Of a stretch of DNA of 64,000 nucleotides, positions 47,507 to 57,843 are shown piece by piece. The notes beneath the pieces were generated by a model, which saw only the letters and a program-made list of their open reading frames with translations, was not told the origin of the DNA and ran no database searches. Origin of the DNA: Candidatus Latescibacterota bacterium (GTDB taxonomy: Bacteria; Latescibacterota; UBA2968; GCA-2709665); the NCBI GenBank assembly GCA_965222075.1, contig OZ244937.1:2176001-2240000 (forward strand), in the 5' to 3' direction. Positions within the stretch are counted from its first letter, which is position 1; each line of letters starts with the position of its first letter. A program made the translations under genes and the position numbers.

Positions 47507-49069
47507 TCATGCCCTTTTCTCCTTCAGCTCTGCCTGGATTGTCTCTGCCGACTTAAGGGCCACCTTATGCCATTGCCCGCCCTCCTGCCGCCAGGAAAAA
47601 TGAACGTCTGCGTCACCACCGTTGAAAAACCGCACCACGCCTTCCTCCGACACCGGCGGAATCACCAGCATCAGCACCTCTTCTGGCAGACCTGGACCTC
47701 CGACCTCTGGCGCCACCTCAACCGCCGGGCGCACGGCACCCTGCACCTCCTGCGTCCCCAGCAGCAGTGGTCCGTAGCACCCCGTCACCGCGCCCCATCC
47801 CCAGTTACGCCCGTGTCCCGCCGCCACAGAACAGACCGCCCCGCCCATATCCGCGTGCTCCCGCCCTCCACGCAGCACCCGCCGTGCCATCCGCAACCGC
47901 CTCACCGCCTGCTTCAACGCCCTTTCGGCATAACCCGCGTCTCCGGTCATCCGATAGCCCAGTGTCAGCGCCGCCGTGCATGGCTCCCTGACCGGTGCCA
48001 CGCTGCCCGCCGCATCGTCCCAGATCCCCCAGAACACCATATCCGCCCGCTTCCCAACCCCCGGCGGCGTCCGCCGCCGGACCTCCGGAAACACCATCGC
48101 CAGCTCCCCCTCCTGCTCGGGCGGCATCCGGTCCACCATCTCCCGAATCCGCTCATCCAGGGAATCGTCCCCGAACGTCTCACGGTAGTACGAAACCGCA
48201 GCCGCGCCCGGATCGGCATAGGAGTCGTGCAACTCGTCCACCAGCGGTTGGGCAATCCGGAAGGCCGCGTCTTGGAACACCGCCTCGCCCGAGGCCCGAA
48301 ACAGGTCGCCCAGCGCGTATATCGCCCCCGACGCCAGCAGCATCTCCACGCCGATCAGAGGGTCTCCGGGCACATGGTGGCTCATCACGCTCCTCCGGGC
48401 CTGTGCCTCGGTCAGGTCCGCTGCCCACACCGGCTCACCCTCCGGCCCCCACATAACCGGCAGCGGCCCCTCCGGAACCTCGACGATCATCTTCGCCCGC
48501 CGCCGCCCGTAGCGAAGCGCCCACTCCAGGTAGCTGATCTCCCCCAGCACCCGGTGTGCCGCCAGCGCCATATGGACAAACCGGAAATGCTCGGCCAGCT
48601 CATTGGCAAATTCCCGGTCCTGTTTGACCGTCCGCGTTCCGATATAATACCCGTAAAACCGGTTGCGCTCCCAATCGAACCAGGCTGGAATCTCCGGGAT
48701 CCAGTTTCCGATGTGGTGCGCTGCATCTTCTAACAACCCCCTGGCTTTTGCATCCTCCGGAAAGAGTCCCAGGTATCGCGGCAAAAACAGCAGGAACGGC
48801 TCCGTTCCGTGGTGCGCTTCGGCCTCCGGCTCGTACCCGTGCACGCACTCCCGTTCCACCCACCCGGCCAGCAGGTCTCTCAGGTACTCGAAATGCGCTT
48901 TCGTCCCGGTGCTCCCCGTCACCAGATAGTGCGGAAACCAGGCTAAGGAATAATTCGCCTCGTCTTCGCCTCCCCCGTGGCGGCCGGGAGGGTCCATCTC
49001 CCAGCTTTGCGCCAGCCACGCCTCCATCTCCTCCCGCAGCGCCTGGTAGGGTTCAAAACAGGCTTCCAT
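47507..49069 (-). CDS. hypothetical protein (possibly an alpha/alpha-barrel enzyme)
   Basis: 520-aa ORF with GGAGG RBS and minus-strand codon style; no family recognised. Confidence 0.7.
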   Translation of the reverse strand: MEACFEPYQALREEMEAWLAQSWEMDPPGRHGGGEDEANYSLAWFPHYLVTGSTGTKAHFEYLRDLLAGWVERECVHGYEPEAEAHHGTEPFLLFLPRYLGLFPEDAKARGLLEDAAHHIGNWIPEIPAWFDWERNRFYGYYIGTRTVKQDREFANELAEHFRFVHMALAAHRVLGEISYLEWALRYGRRRAKMIVEVPEGPLPVMWGPEGEPVWAADLTEAQARRSVMSHHVPGDPLIGVEMLLASGAIYALGDLFRASGEAVFQDAAFRIAQPLVDELHDSYADPGAAAVSYYRETFGDDSLDERIREMVDRMPPEQEGELAMVFPEVRRRTPPGVGKRADMVFWGIWDDAAGSVAPVREPCTAALTLGYRMTGDAGYAERALKQAVRRLRMARRVLRGGREHADMGGAVCSVAAGHGRNWGWGAVTGCYGPLLLGTQEVQGAVRPAVEVAPEVGGPGLPEEVLMLVIPPVSEEGVVRFFNGGDADVHFSWRQEGGQWHKVALKSAETIQAELKEKRA

Positions 49070-49072
49070 CGA

Positions 49073-49348
49073 TCATCCTCCTACATAAAACCTCTGTACC
49101 AGAATCGTTGCCAGCCCCAGATAGATAAAAAGCCTCAGGATATCGTTGGTCGTCGTAATAAACGGCCCCGAAGCCACCGCAGGATCGATCCCGACCCTGG
49201 AAAACACCAGGGGCGCCAGCACCCCTTTGAGCGCCTCCTGATCTTCCAGCGCCAGGAGCTCGTACACCACCTCCACCAACGCCTCGATGCGGGCCTCTGT
49301 CTCACCGCCGGGAATGTCGGGAACCTTCGGTTCGTCTGCCACGGCCAA
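49073..49348 (-). pseudogene. mgtE: mgtE remnant (N- and C-termini fused in frame)
   Basis: C-terminal GIDPAVASGPFITTTND is the MgtE signature; only 91 aa. Confidence 0.8.
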
Positions 49349-49357
49349 CCTCTCGTT

Positions 49358-50722
49358 TTACACGCTCGCCAACCCAACCCGGAACGCCTCCACAATCCTG
49401 TCCGCCTCCGCCTCGATCAAAATCAGCGGCGGCGACAGGAAAAACATGCTCTCGGGCCCGGCCATTACGTGGCTCATCCGCCCCACCAGCACGCCTTCCT
49501 CCCGGATCCGGGCGTGCACCTGTGCCATCCGTTCCCCATCCAGCATCGCCCCATCTTCACCCACCAGCTCCACGGCCGCCATCAATCCCCTCCCCCGCAC
49601 ATCGCCAACAAAGGGCGAGTCCAGTCCCCGGAGGCCCTCCAGGAGGTGCGCCCCCACCCGGGCCGAATTTTCCCAGAGCCGTTCGCCCATCAAAATCTCA
49701 ATATTGGCCAGGGCCGCTGCGCAGCAGACCGGATGCCCCCCATACGTGGCCACCTGCGAAAGCTCCCGCTCCTCCTGTGGCTCGCCCAGAAAGGCCTCGA
49801 AGACCTCCGGCGTAACCGCGCATGCCCCCAGGGGCAGGTACCCGCTCGTTACCCCCTTCGCAATCGTCATCATGTCCGGCACCACCCCCCAGTGCTCCGA
49901 GGCAAACAGCTTCCCCGTACGCCCGAACCCCGTAATCACCTCGTCAAAAATCAGCAGCGTCCCGTATGTATCGCAGATCTCCCGCAGCCTGGGCAGGTAC
50001 TCATCCGGCGGAACGATCACCCCGCCCCCTCCGATAATCGGCTCGACAATAACCGCCGCCACAGTCTCCGGATCTTCCCGGATAATGACCTCCTCTACCT
50101 CCTCCACACAGGCCAGCCCGCAGGCAGGGTAGGTCAACTTCAGCGGACACTGGTAGCAGTAGGGCGGATCTACATGCATGAACCCCGGCACCAGCGGCTC
50201 AAACCTGTTCCGGCGCTTCACCTGCCCCGTTGCCGACATCGCCCCGTACGTAAACCCGTGGTACCCCTGGTAGCGGGCGATCACCTTGTACCGGTTCTGA
50301 CCGGGATATTTCTGCCGCCCGTACTGCCGGGCGATCTTCAGCGCCGTCTCGTTGGCCTCCGACCCACTGTTGCAGAAAAACAGGTGGTTCAGATCCCCCG
50401 GCAGAATCCCGGCCAGCCGCGCCGCCAGTTGGGCCGCCGGCGCCGTCACCTGTAAGTTCGGATAGTACGGCAGCCGACGCATTTGATCGTACACCGCCTC
50501 TGCAATCTCCTCTCTGCCGTAGCCCACATTCACATTCCACAGACCCGCGTAAGCATCCAGGTAAGACCGTCCCTCTCCGTCCACCAGCGTGGTCCCCTTC
50601 GCCTCCCGGATCACCGTCAGGTCCCGGTTTTCCAGCGACCTGTGCTGCAGCATCGGGTGCCACACGTGGGCGCGGTCCTGCGCCCGAACCTCCCGAACGT
50701 CCAGATTCTCTGTCTGGGACAT
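49358..50722 (-). CDS. class III aminotransferase
   Basis: GLWNVNVGYG, SGSEANE, YHG, FDEVITGFGRTG, AKG.TSGY; AGGAGG RBS. Confidence 0.93.
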   Translation of the reverse strand: MSQTENLDVREVRAQDRAHVWHPMLQHRSLENRDLTVIREAKGTTLVDGEGRSYLDAYAGLWNVNVGYGREEIAEAVYDQMRRLPYYPNLQVTAPAAQLAARLAGILPGDLNHLFFCNSGSEANETALKIARQYGRQKYPGQNRYKVIARYQGYHGFTYGAMSATGQVKRRNRFEPLVPGFMHVDPPYCYQCPLKLTYPACGLACVEEVEEVIIREDPETVAAVIVEPIIGGGGVIVPPDEYLPRLREICDTYGTLLIFDEVITGFGRTGKLFASEHWGVVPDMMTIAKGVTSGYLPLGACAVTPEVFEAFLGEPQEERELSQVATYGGHPVCCAAALANIEILMGERLWENSARVGAHLLEGLRGLDSPFVGDVRGRGLMAAVELVGEDGAMLDGERMAQVHARIREEGVLVGRMSHVMAGPESMFFLSPPLILIEAEADRIVEAFRVGLASV

Positions 50723-50746
50723 TGACACCTCCTGTTTTCTATAAAT

Positions 50747-50792
50747 GGACGACGGACGACGGCTTTGGAAGTTTGGCCGTGGTCTGTCGTCT
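50747..50792. repeat. 46-bp palindromic intergenic repeat, copy 2
   Basis: GGACGACGGACGACGG...CCGTGGTCTGTCGTCT. Confidence 0.75.
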
Positions 50793-50958
50793 GCGGTCCC
50801 TACTCTGTGGTAATTTTATCTTGACGCCCCCGGTCTCCTTCGCTAATTTGTAGCCTCCGTATCGTGCGTGCAGGTGTCCATCATAGCGCATTCATCCGAC
50901 AAAGTCAAGACCTACCGGCGCCCGTGAACCGCCCCAGGGCCTCTAACCGACCCCCTTT

Positions 50959-52263
50959 ATGCCTTCACCCGAGCACCACACCGTCATTATTGTCGGGGGC
51001 GGTCCGGCCGGCCTTCCGCTTGCCGTCGTCTTAGGCGGCTGGCACCCCTGCTACCGGGGCGGCGACCTGTTTCACCATCGCTACCCCCAGCTCGACGCCT
51101 ACCTGAGTCGAATCGACGGCGGCCTCCTCGGGCTCGACTTCGGAGCCATCGTCAAAGCCGGCATCCGGCCCGTCGACCTCTTCCGCCTGCTCCACCATCC
51201 CGGCCTGAAGTTCCGGGGAGTTGAGGAGATCGCCCTCGAATTCCGAAAAGCGGACCCCATCGACTACCTCCTCATCACCCAGGAGGAGGTCGGCGGTCTC
51301 TGGAACAACGTCCCCGAAAACCTCCTCACTCTCTCTCCTGGCCAGTGGATGGAATTTGCCTTCTACCCCCTTGCGCAGCACATCCAGGAACAGGACATCG
51401 ACTTAGACGTCAACGACCTCATCGTCAAACACAACCTCCTCAACTATTACCACCGGGTGCCCGGCCGTTTCGACCAGACCGGCCGTATCCACACCCACGA
51501 AAAAGTCGCCCGCATCGAACCCCACGACCTCGGCTTCCTGCTCACCACCCGGCACGTCGGCACCCAGACAACCCACCGCTACACCTGCAAGTACCTCGTC
51601 TACGCCGTTGGCCAGCGCAGCATCCTCCGCCGGCTCAACGTCCCCGGCGAGGACCTCCCCTTTGTCACCAACCACTACGACAGACCCGAGGACTTCCCGG
51701 CAGAGCGCATCGTCGTGGTCGGAGGCGGCCGGTCCGCCGACTGGGCGGCCACCGAACTCTACGACGCCGGAAAACAGGTCCACTACGTCATGCGCCAGCC
51801 CTTCAAACAGCACTGGAAGCTCATCAGCGACAGCCGCCACGGCCTCCCCTACTATGCCCGCATCGCCGAAATCATCGAAAGCCGCTCCCCCCGCTTCGAC
51901 ACCCGCTACGAGACCCGGATTCAGAAGATCGAGCAAGGCCCCGCCGGAGGCCTGGTCACCCTCACCGGCAACCACAGGGAGCAGACCCTCGAAGTCGATC
52001 ACGCCATCCTGGAAATCGGCGGCATCGCCGACTACTCCCTCCTCCGGGGCTTCCCTCCGCTTCGGTTCGTCAAAAAGTACGACCGCTACCGCTTCCAGGT
52101 CCACCAGCTCCCCACCCACCCCCACAGCTACGAGTCCCTCGCCATCCCCAACCTCTACCCGGGCGGCTACCTCGCCGAAGGCCTCGGCCTGGTCGTCATC
52201 GCCATGCACGGCGCCACCTATGCCATCGCCGGCGACATCCTCCGGAAAGAAGGGTGGATTTAA
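50959..52263 (+). CDS. FAD/NAD(P)-dependent oxidoreductase, OSGIN-like
   Basis: IVGGGPAG, GGLW...TLSPGQWM, VVGGGRSA, YES...NLY..G. Confidence 0.8.
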   Translation: MPSPEHHTVIIVGGGPAGLPLAVVLGGWHPCYRGGDLFHHRYPQLDAYLSRIDGGLLGLDFGAIVKAGIRPVDLFRLLHHPGLKFRGVEEIALEFRKADPIDYLLITQEEVGGLWNNVPENLLTLSPGQWMEFAFYPLAQHIQEQDIDLDVNDLIVKHNLLNYYHRVPGRFDQTGRIHTHEKVARIEPHDLGFLLTTRHVGTQTTHRYTCKYLVYAVGQRSILRRLNVPGEDLPFVTNHYDRPEDFPAERIVVVGGGRSADWAATELYDAGKQVHYVMRQPFKQHWKLISDSRHGLPYYARIAEIIESRSPRFDTRYETRIQKIEQGPAGGLVTLTGNHREQTLEVDHAILEIGGIADYSLLRGFPPLRFVKKYDRYRFQVHQLPTHPHSYESLAIPNLYPGGYLAEGLGLVVIAMHGATYAIAGDILRKEGWI

Positions 52264-52386
52264 AACGAGCCCCTTCAAATTTTAATGGACATTTCACGAC
52301 GGGAGTATTATCCATGAAGAATGGGATATGATGGACCAAGACAAGCTCCGATCCCCAGCCATAGTCCCTTTCCTTGAGGAATCTCC

Positions 52387-53592
52387 ATGTCTTCTCCCAT
52401 CGCCATCCAGGACGTCCATACCATCCTCACCCAGCCGGCCGGTTCCCGCCTCATCGTGGTCAAAATCCTCACCTCCCAGCCCGGACTCTACGGCCTTGGC
52501 TGCGCCACCTACACCCAGCGCTTCCATGCCGTCCACACCGCAATCGAAAAACACCTCAAACCCTTCCTCATCGGCCGGGACGCCGATCGGATTGAAGACC
52601 TCTGGCAGATGGCTATGGTCAATGGCTACTGGCGCAACGGCCCCGTGCTCAACAACGCCATCTCCGGAGTGGACATGGCCCTCTGGGATATCAAAGGCAA
52701 ACGGGCCGGCATGCCGCTCTACCAGCTCCTGGGCGGCAAATGCCGGGAGGGGGCGGCCGTCTATGCGCACGCCGACGGGAAAGACAGGGATGAAGTCGTC
52801 GAGAACGTCCACAAATTCAGAGAACAGGGCTACCAGTACATCCGGGTACAGATGGGCGGCTACGGAGGCCGCGCCTCTAAGCTTCACAGACCCCAGGGCG
52901 CTCCGGAGGGGGCTTATTACGACCCCCGGGAATACTGCCGTGCCATGCTTGACATGATCGAACACGTCCGCGCAGCCGTCGGCCCCGACGTCGAACTCCT
53001 CCACGACATCCACGAGCGCCTCCGTCCCATCGACGCCGTCGCCTTTGCCAAAGCCGTTGAACCCTTCAACCTCTTCTTCCTCGAAGACCCGCTCGCCCCG
53101 GAAGACCTGGAGTGGTTCCGCAACATTCGCGGGCAGTGCGCCACGCCCATCGCCATGGGTGAACTCTTCAACCACCCCCGCGAGTGGACCCCGCTCATCC
53201 AGGACCGCCTCATCGACTTCATCCGCATGCACATCAGCCAGATGGGCGGCCTCACCCCGGCCCGGAACGTCGCCGCCTTTGCCAACATGTACGGCATTCG
53301 CACCGCCTGGCACGGGCCGGGAGACGTTTCCCCGGTCGGCCATGCCGCCAACCTTCACCTCGACCTCTGGGCGCCCAACTTCGGCGTCCAGGAATGGTGC
53401 CGTTTCAACGACCTCGTCTACGACCTCTTTCCCGGCACCCCGGAGGTTCGCAGCGGCTACATGTATCCCAACGATCAACCCGGCCTGGGCATCGACATCA
53501 ACGAGGACCTGGCCGCCAAATATCCCTGCACGGACGAAGTCATCCAGTGGACCCAGACCCGGGCGCCGGACGGCGGTCCTATGCGTCCATAG
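52387..53592 (+). CDS. RspA / mannonate dehydratase-like enolase superfamily protein
   Basis: YWRNGPV, DMALWDIKGK, LLHDIHER, FFLED, AMGE, TAWHGP. Confidence 0.92.
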   Translation: MSSPIAIQDVHTILTQPAGSRLIVVKILTSQPGLYGLGCATYTQRFHAVHTAIEKHLKPFLIGRDADRIEDLWQMAMVNGYWRNGPVLNNAISGVDMALWDIKGKRAGMPLYQLLGGKCREGAAVYAHADGKDRDEVVENVHKFREQGYQYIRVQMGGYGGRASKLHRPQGAPEGAYYDPREYCRAMLDMIEHVRAAVGPDVELLHDIHERLRPIDAVAFAKAVEPFNLFFLEDPLAPEDLEWFRNIRGQCATPIAMGELFNHPREWTPLIQDRLIDFIRMHISQMGGLTPARNVAAFANMYGIRTAWHGPGDVSPVGHAANLHLDLWAPNFGVQEWCRFNDLVYDLFPGTPEVRSGYMYPNDQPGLGIDINEDLAAKYPCTDEVIQWTQTRAPDGGPMRP

Positions 53593-53621
53593 CTGCACGC
53601 TGACACAGGAGATCCATCCAC

Positions 53622-53846
53622 GTGAACCTGATCTCACCCAAAAAAATCGCTGAACTCACGCCCGACAACACCTACGACCGATTTCCCGACGGGCGGCCCA
53701 GAGTCCCCGACGACATCCTGGAACGCATGCGGAAAGTCACCACCGAAGAGGCCTACACCCCCGGTGAAGTGGACCGGAAGTGGTCGGAAGAGATGGAAGC
53801 TGATTTTGCGGCGTGGAAAAAAAGCAATAAAGGAGCCTTCCCATGA
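53622..53846 (+). pseudogene. RraA-like family remnant (N- and C-termini fused in frame)
   Basis: RFPDGRPRVPDDILERM..VTTEEA joined to YTPGEVDRKW..E.EADF; homologues as I recall them are much longer. Confidence 0.6.
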
Positions 53847-54710
53847 TTCGAATCGGCATCGTCGGCGCGGAAAACAGCCACACCGTCGCCATCTCCAGAC
53901 TCCTCAACATCGAAAAAAAAGTCCCCGGCTGCCGGGTCATCTGTGTCTGGGGAGAGGCCTCCAGGTACGCCAGAGACGCGGTGGAAAGGGGGGGGGATTC
54001 CTGCAATCGTCAAAACCCCCGAAGACATGATCGGCAAGGTCGACGCAGCCGTCGTGGACCACCGCCATCCCAAATATCACCTGCCCGCGGCCCGGTCCCT
54101 GCTTGAGGCGAAGATCCCCCTTTTTATCGACAAACCCTTCTGCTACCGGGTCAAAGAGGGAAAAGAATTCCTTGCGCGTGCGAAACGGCTCAAAGTCCCG
54201 GTCTGCTCCTTCTCGGCGCAGCCCAAACAGGCTTCCGCGGTCGCGCTCCGCAAAGAGGCAAAAAAACTGGGCCGCATCGTCTCCGTCATAACCACCGGCC
54301 CCTGCGACATCCGGTCAAAATACGGGGGCGTCTTCTTCTACGGCATCCACCAGATCGACCAGCTCGTTCGCCTGTTAGACGACCCTGTCACGCACGTTCG
54401 GGTCAACTTAGGCAAAAAGAACCACGCCGCCACCCTCTTCTCGGCCGGTGGCGCCATCTCCACCGCCAACTTCATCAGCGATGTCCGTCCCCCGTTCCAC
54501 GTCTCGATCATCGGTGAAAAGGGGCGGATCGACAGACAGATCGTCCGTGACGCACACCCCCACCTGATCGGTACCCGGACATTCTGCAGAATGTTCAAAA
54601 CCGGGAAAACCGATGAAACCGAACAGAGTATGCTCACGCCGATCGCCGTGCTTGAAGCCCTGGAGAAATCGATCAAAACCGGGAAAAAGGTCAAAGTCCC
54701 GTCTATCTGA
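53843..54710 (+). pseudogene. Gfo/Idh/MocA oxidoreductase frameshifted at a G9 tract
   Basis: Two ORFs (53843..54106 and 53943..54710) join if one G is removed at 53988..53996; collinear with the downstream paralog. Confidence 0.85.
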
Positions 54711-54757
54711 TGCGCGTTGACAGAAAGCCAATACCCCTTTTACCAAGGAGAAACGAC

Positions 54758-55630
54758 ATGGTCCGAATCGGCATCGTTGGTGCGGAGAACAGCCACACCG
54801 TCGCCATTGCGAAAACCCTCAACATCGACAAGAAGGTCCCCGGTTGCCGCATCGTCTGTGTCTGGGGCGAAGCTCCCAGGTACGCTAAGGACGCCGTGGA
54901 ACGGGGGGCGATTCCCGAAATCGTCAAAACATCGGAAGAGATGATCGGAAAAGTGGACGCAGCCTGCGTCGACCACCGCCACGCCAGGGATCACCTGCCC
55001 GCGGTCCGACCTCTGCTTGAAGCGAAGGTCCCCCTCTTCGTGGACAAACCCTTCTGCTACCGGGTCAAAGAGGGAAAAGAATTCCTTGCGCGTGCGAAAC
55101 GGCTCAAGGTTCCGGTCTGCTCCTTCTCCGTGCTTCCCAAACAGGCCGCTTTCGCCGAATTAAAAAAAGAGACCCGAAAACTGGGCCGGGTGATCTCGGT
55201 TATCACCACCGGCCCCTGCGACATCAAATCGAAGTACGGCGGCGTCTTCTTCTACGGCATCCACCAGGTCGACATGGCCCTCCGCCTGCTGGACGACGAG
55301 GTCACCCACACCCAGGTCAACCTGGGCAAAAAGAACCACACCGCCACCCTCTTCTCGGCCGGCGGGGCCATCTCCACCCTCAACCTCTTCACCGAGGGGT
55401 ATACCTCCTTCCAAGTCTCGGTCATCGGTGAAAAGGGACGGGTGGACAGGCAGATCACCTACGACGACAACACCTACCTCTCCGGCATCCGGTCCTTCTG
55501 CAGAATGTTCAGAACCGGCAAAACCGACGAAACCGACCAGACGATGCTGATGCCGGTGGCCGTACTGGAGGCCATGGAAAAGTCGATCAACCAGAAGCGG
55601 AAGGTCAAGGTGCCGCCTGCCTCGCTGTGA
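54758..55630 (+). CDS. Gfo/Idh/MocA oxidoreductase (intact paralog)
   Basis: IGIVGAENSH, FVDKP, FFYGIH; AAGGAG RBS. Confidence 0.88.
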   Translation: MVRIGIVGAENSHTVAIAKTLNIDKKVPGCRIVCVWGEAPRYAKDAVERGAIPEIVKTSEEMIGKVDAACVDHRHARDHLPAVRPLLEAKVPLFVDKPFCYRVKEGKEFLARAKRLKVPVCSFSVLPKQAAFAELKKETRKLGRVISVITTGPCDIKSKYGGVFFYGIHQVDMALRLLDDEVTHTQVNLGKKNHTATLFSAGGAISTLNLFTEGYTSFQVSVIGEKGRVDRQITYDDNTYLSGIRSFCRMFRTGKTDETDQTMLMPVAVLEAMEKSINQKRKVKVPPASL

Positions 55631-55809
55631 ACCGATCTAAAACAACCGGTGAAAAACTATGGGTATCCCAGGCAGAACTGCTATCTTACCTGCCATTGGC
55701 ATCCGCATAATCTCAGCACCCTCCGGAGATTTCGAGTAAAAACAGAAAAACCCGCCGCCGATTGGGCTCGGCAGCGGGGCAACGGGAGATCGGTGCATCC
55801 TGGTCCTCT

Positions 55810-57066
55810 TCAAAAATAGAACCGAAGGGAGCCAAAATAGAGGGTAGGGTAGAGCCTGAACTCCGACCGTCGTTCGACCTCAATCCGACCGTCCATCCCC
55901 CCCGGTCCCATCCCGATAAACACACCTGCCGTCGCAAAAACATCCTCGGCAAAACTGTACCCCACCCGAGGCGCCAGAAAGGCCGAGCCATCTCCTATGT
56001 TCGCAAGCGCCTGCAAACTCAGCGTCAAGAGCGGTGTGGCCTGGTATGTGAAACCGGGCGCCACGTAGTGCCTGCCCATCAGGTAGACCCCACCTTCGGT
56101 GAAGGCGGTTTTGTTCAGCACGCCAGGGTACGCACCAGACGCGCCCGCTCCGCTAAAATGATACTCCACAAACCCGTAAACCCCACCTGAAAACTGGTAA
56201 TCCAGCCCCCCGGAAATCCGGACATAATCCTCATCCAACCGGGAGCCTCCGGCGGCTTCGGCCAGGGTCCAGGCCGCCTCCAGCCAGGCCCCGGCGCCCC
56301 CGACCGCCCGGGCCAGGTCCACCCCCAGGAGCAGATGCTCCTTGAACACCATCGCCATCAGCAAAAGGTCCGTCTCCATCAAGTAGAACCTGCCCCGCAA
56401 AAACGCGGCGCCCGTCTTCACCGAAAAGCCATTGCCAAAAACAACGCCTGCGTCTAACTCCCCCATCGCCCCCACAGGCAGCCTCACCCTCAGCGCATCC
56501 ACCCCCGCCCGTTCCTCATTGTCCAGCGCCTCGTAGGTAAAAGGCGCGATCACATCGGTCGGATTCACCACCCGGGCCGATCCAAAGGCAATCGGCTGCC
56601 GACCTAAGTAGACATCCGCAGCAGGCAGGGAAACCGTAAAAAAGACCCGGTCCAGATTCTGCGCAAGGGCGAAGGTTCCCGGAGCCTTACCCAACCCCGG
56701 ATAGAGATACGCCCGCAGGTCCGCCCCCCGGTATGAAAGCGACTCCGGCCGGGGCAGCGCCGTCCCGGAAAAGCCCCTCTGTCCTTTCCGGACCTGCGGT
56801 GTAAGCGCATAGGCAACCTCCCCCGAAACCGTCCGGTTCGGCTGCCAGAACGCCTTCAAGCGGATCGGGTACACACCCCCCACCGATCCGGCAGTCCCTT
56901 CCACGCGCGCCGGGTCCAGCACAGTCAAAAAACCCTTCACATACCCGCCAACCCGCAGCGGCCCGTCATCCGCAGCGGCCCTTCCCTCTGCCAGAAAAAC
57001 AGCAGCAAAAAACCAGAGAAAAAAACGGCTGATTTCAAACAGGCTTGTATTGTAACGACTTCCCAT
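55810..57066 (-). CDS. putative outer-membrane beta-barrel protein
   Basis: LDR, LGRQPIAFG...NPTD, GVDALR, terminal YF; start uncertain. Confidence 0.75.
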   Translation of the reverse strand: MGSRYNTSLFEISRFFLWFFAAVFLAEGRAAADDGPLRVGGYVKGFLTVLDPARVEGTAGSVGGVYPIRLKAFWQPNRTVSGEVAYALTPQVRKGQRGFSGTALPRPESLSYRGADLRAYLYPGLGKAPGTFALAQNLDRVFFTVSLPAADVYLGRQPIAFGSARVVNPTDVIAPFTYEALDNEERAGVDALRVRLPVGAMGELDAGVVFGNGFSVKTGAAFLRGRFYLMETDLLLMAMVFKEHLLLGVDLARAVGGAGAWLEAAWTLAEAAGGSRLDEDYVRISGGLDYQFSGGVYGFVEYHFSGAGASGAYPGVLNKTAFTEGGVYLMGRHYVAPGFTYQATPLLTLSLQALANIGDGSAFLAPRVGYSFAEDVFATAGVFIGMGPGGMDGRIEVERRSEFRLYPTLYFGSLRFYF

Positions 57067-57115
57067 TTTCAAGCCGTTAAGAACGTACCCAAAAGTGTTC
57101 ACAGTATTGCAAATA

Positions 57116-57811
57116 CTACCTCACTTCATCCTCTACAATCTCCCCATCCCGCAGCGCCACCAACCGCTTCGCCCGGTCCATAATCATCTGATCGTGGGAG
57201 GAAAACACAAACGTCATCCCCCGCTTCTCGTTCAACTCCCGCATCATATCTAAAAGCCCGCAGCCCGTGGCCGAATCCAGGTTGGCCGTCGGTTCATCCG
57301 CCAGAATCAAATCCGGCTGTGAGACCATCGCCCGGGCAACGGCCACACGCTGCTGCTGCCCGCCCGAAAGCTGTACCGGGCGCCTCTCCTCCATCCCTTC
57401 AAGGTCCACCTCTTTGAGAATCTCCGCAACCCGCCCGCGCCGCTCGCGTTCCGAAACCCCTTGCAGGAGCATCACATACTCAATGTTCTCACGCACCTTC
57501 AGCACCGGAATCAGATTGTAAGACTGGAAAATAAACCCGATGTGGTCCCTTCGAAAATCGGACAGTTCGCTGCCGCTCATCCCGCTGATGGGCCTCCCCG
57601 CCAGCAGCACGCGCCCCGAGGTCGGCGCATCCAGTCCGCTGATAATATTCAGCAGCGTCGTCTTGCCCGACCCCGAAGGCCCGGCAATCGCCGTAAACTC
57701 GCCCCGCACAATCGTAAGGTCGATCGACTTCAACGCCAAGACCTCCACCTCCCCGGAACGGTAGACCCTGGACACCCCCTCGGCACGGATTACGGCTGAA
57801 TTGTCGGACAT
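57116..57811 (-). CDS. ABC transporter ATP-binding protein (LolD/MacB-like)
   Basis: [26 protein letters not shown]. Confidence 0.95.
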   Translation of the reverse strand: MSDNSAVIRAEGVSRVYRSGEVEVLALKSIDLTIVRGEFTAIAGPSGSGKTTLLNIISGLDAPTSGRVLLAGRPISGMSGSELSDFRRDHIGFIFQSYNLIPVLKVRENIEYVMLLQGVSERERRGRVAEILKEVDLEGMEERRPVQLSGGQQQRVAVARAMVSQPDLILADEPTANLDSATGCGLLDMMRELNEKRGMTFVFSSHDQMIMDRAKRLVALRDGEIVEDEVR

Positions 57812-57843
57812 ACCACACTTTCTGTTTGGAGATTCACAGCGGA

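Noticed and set aside
55652-55677. GGGTATCCC(C)AGG motif shared with 41276..41303
   Set aside because: Short, gapped match between two sites; not enough to call an operator
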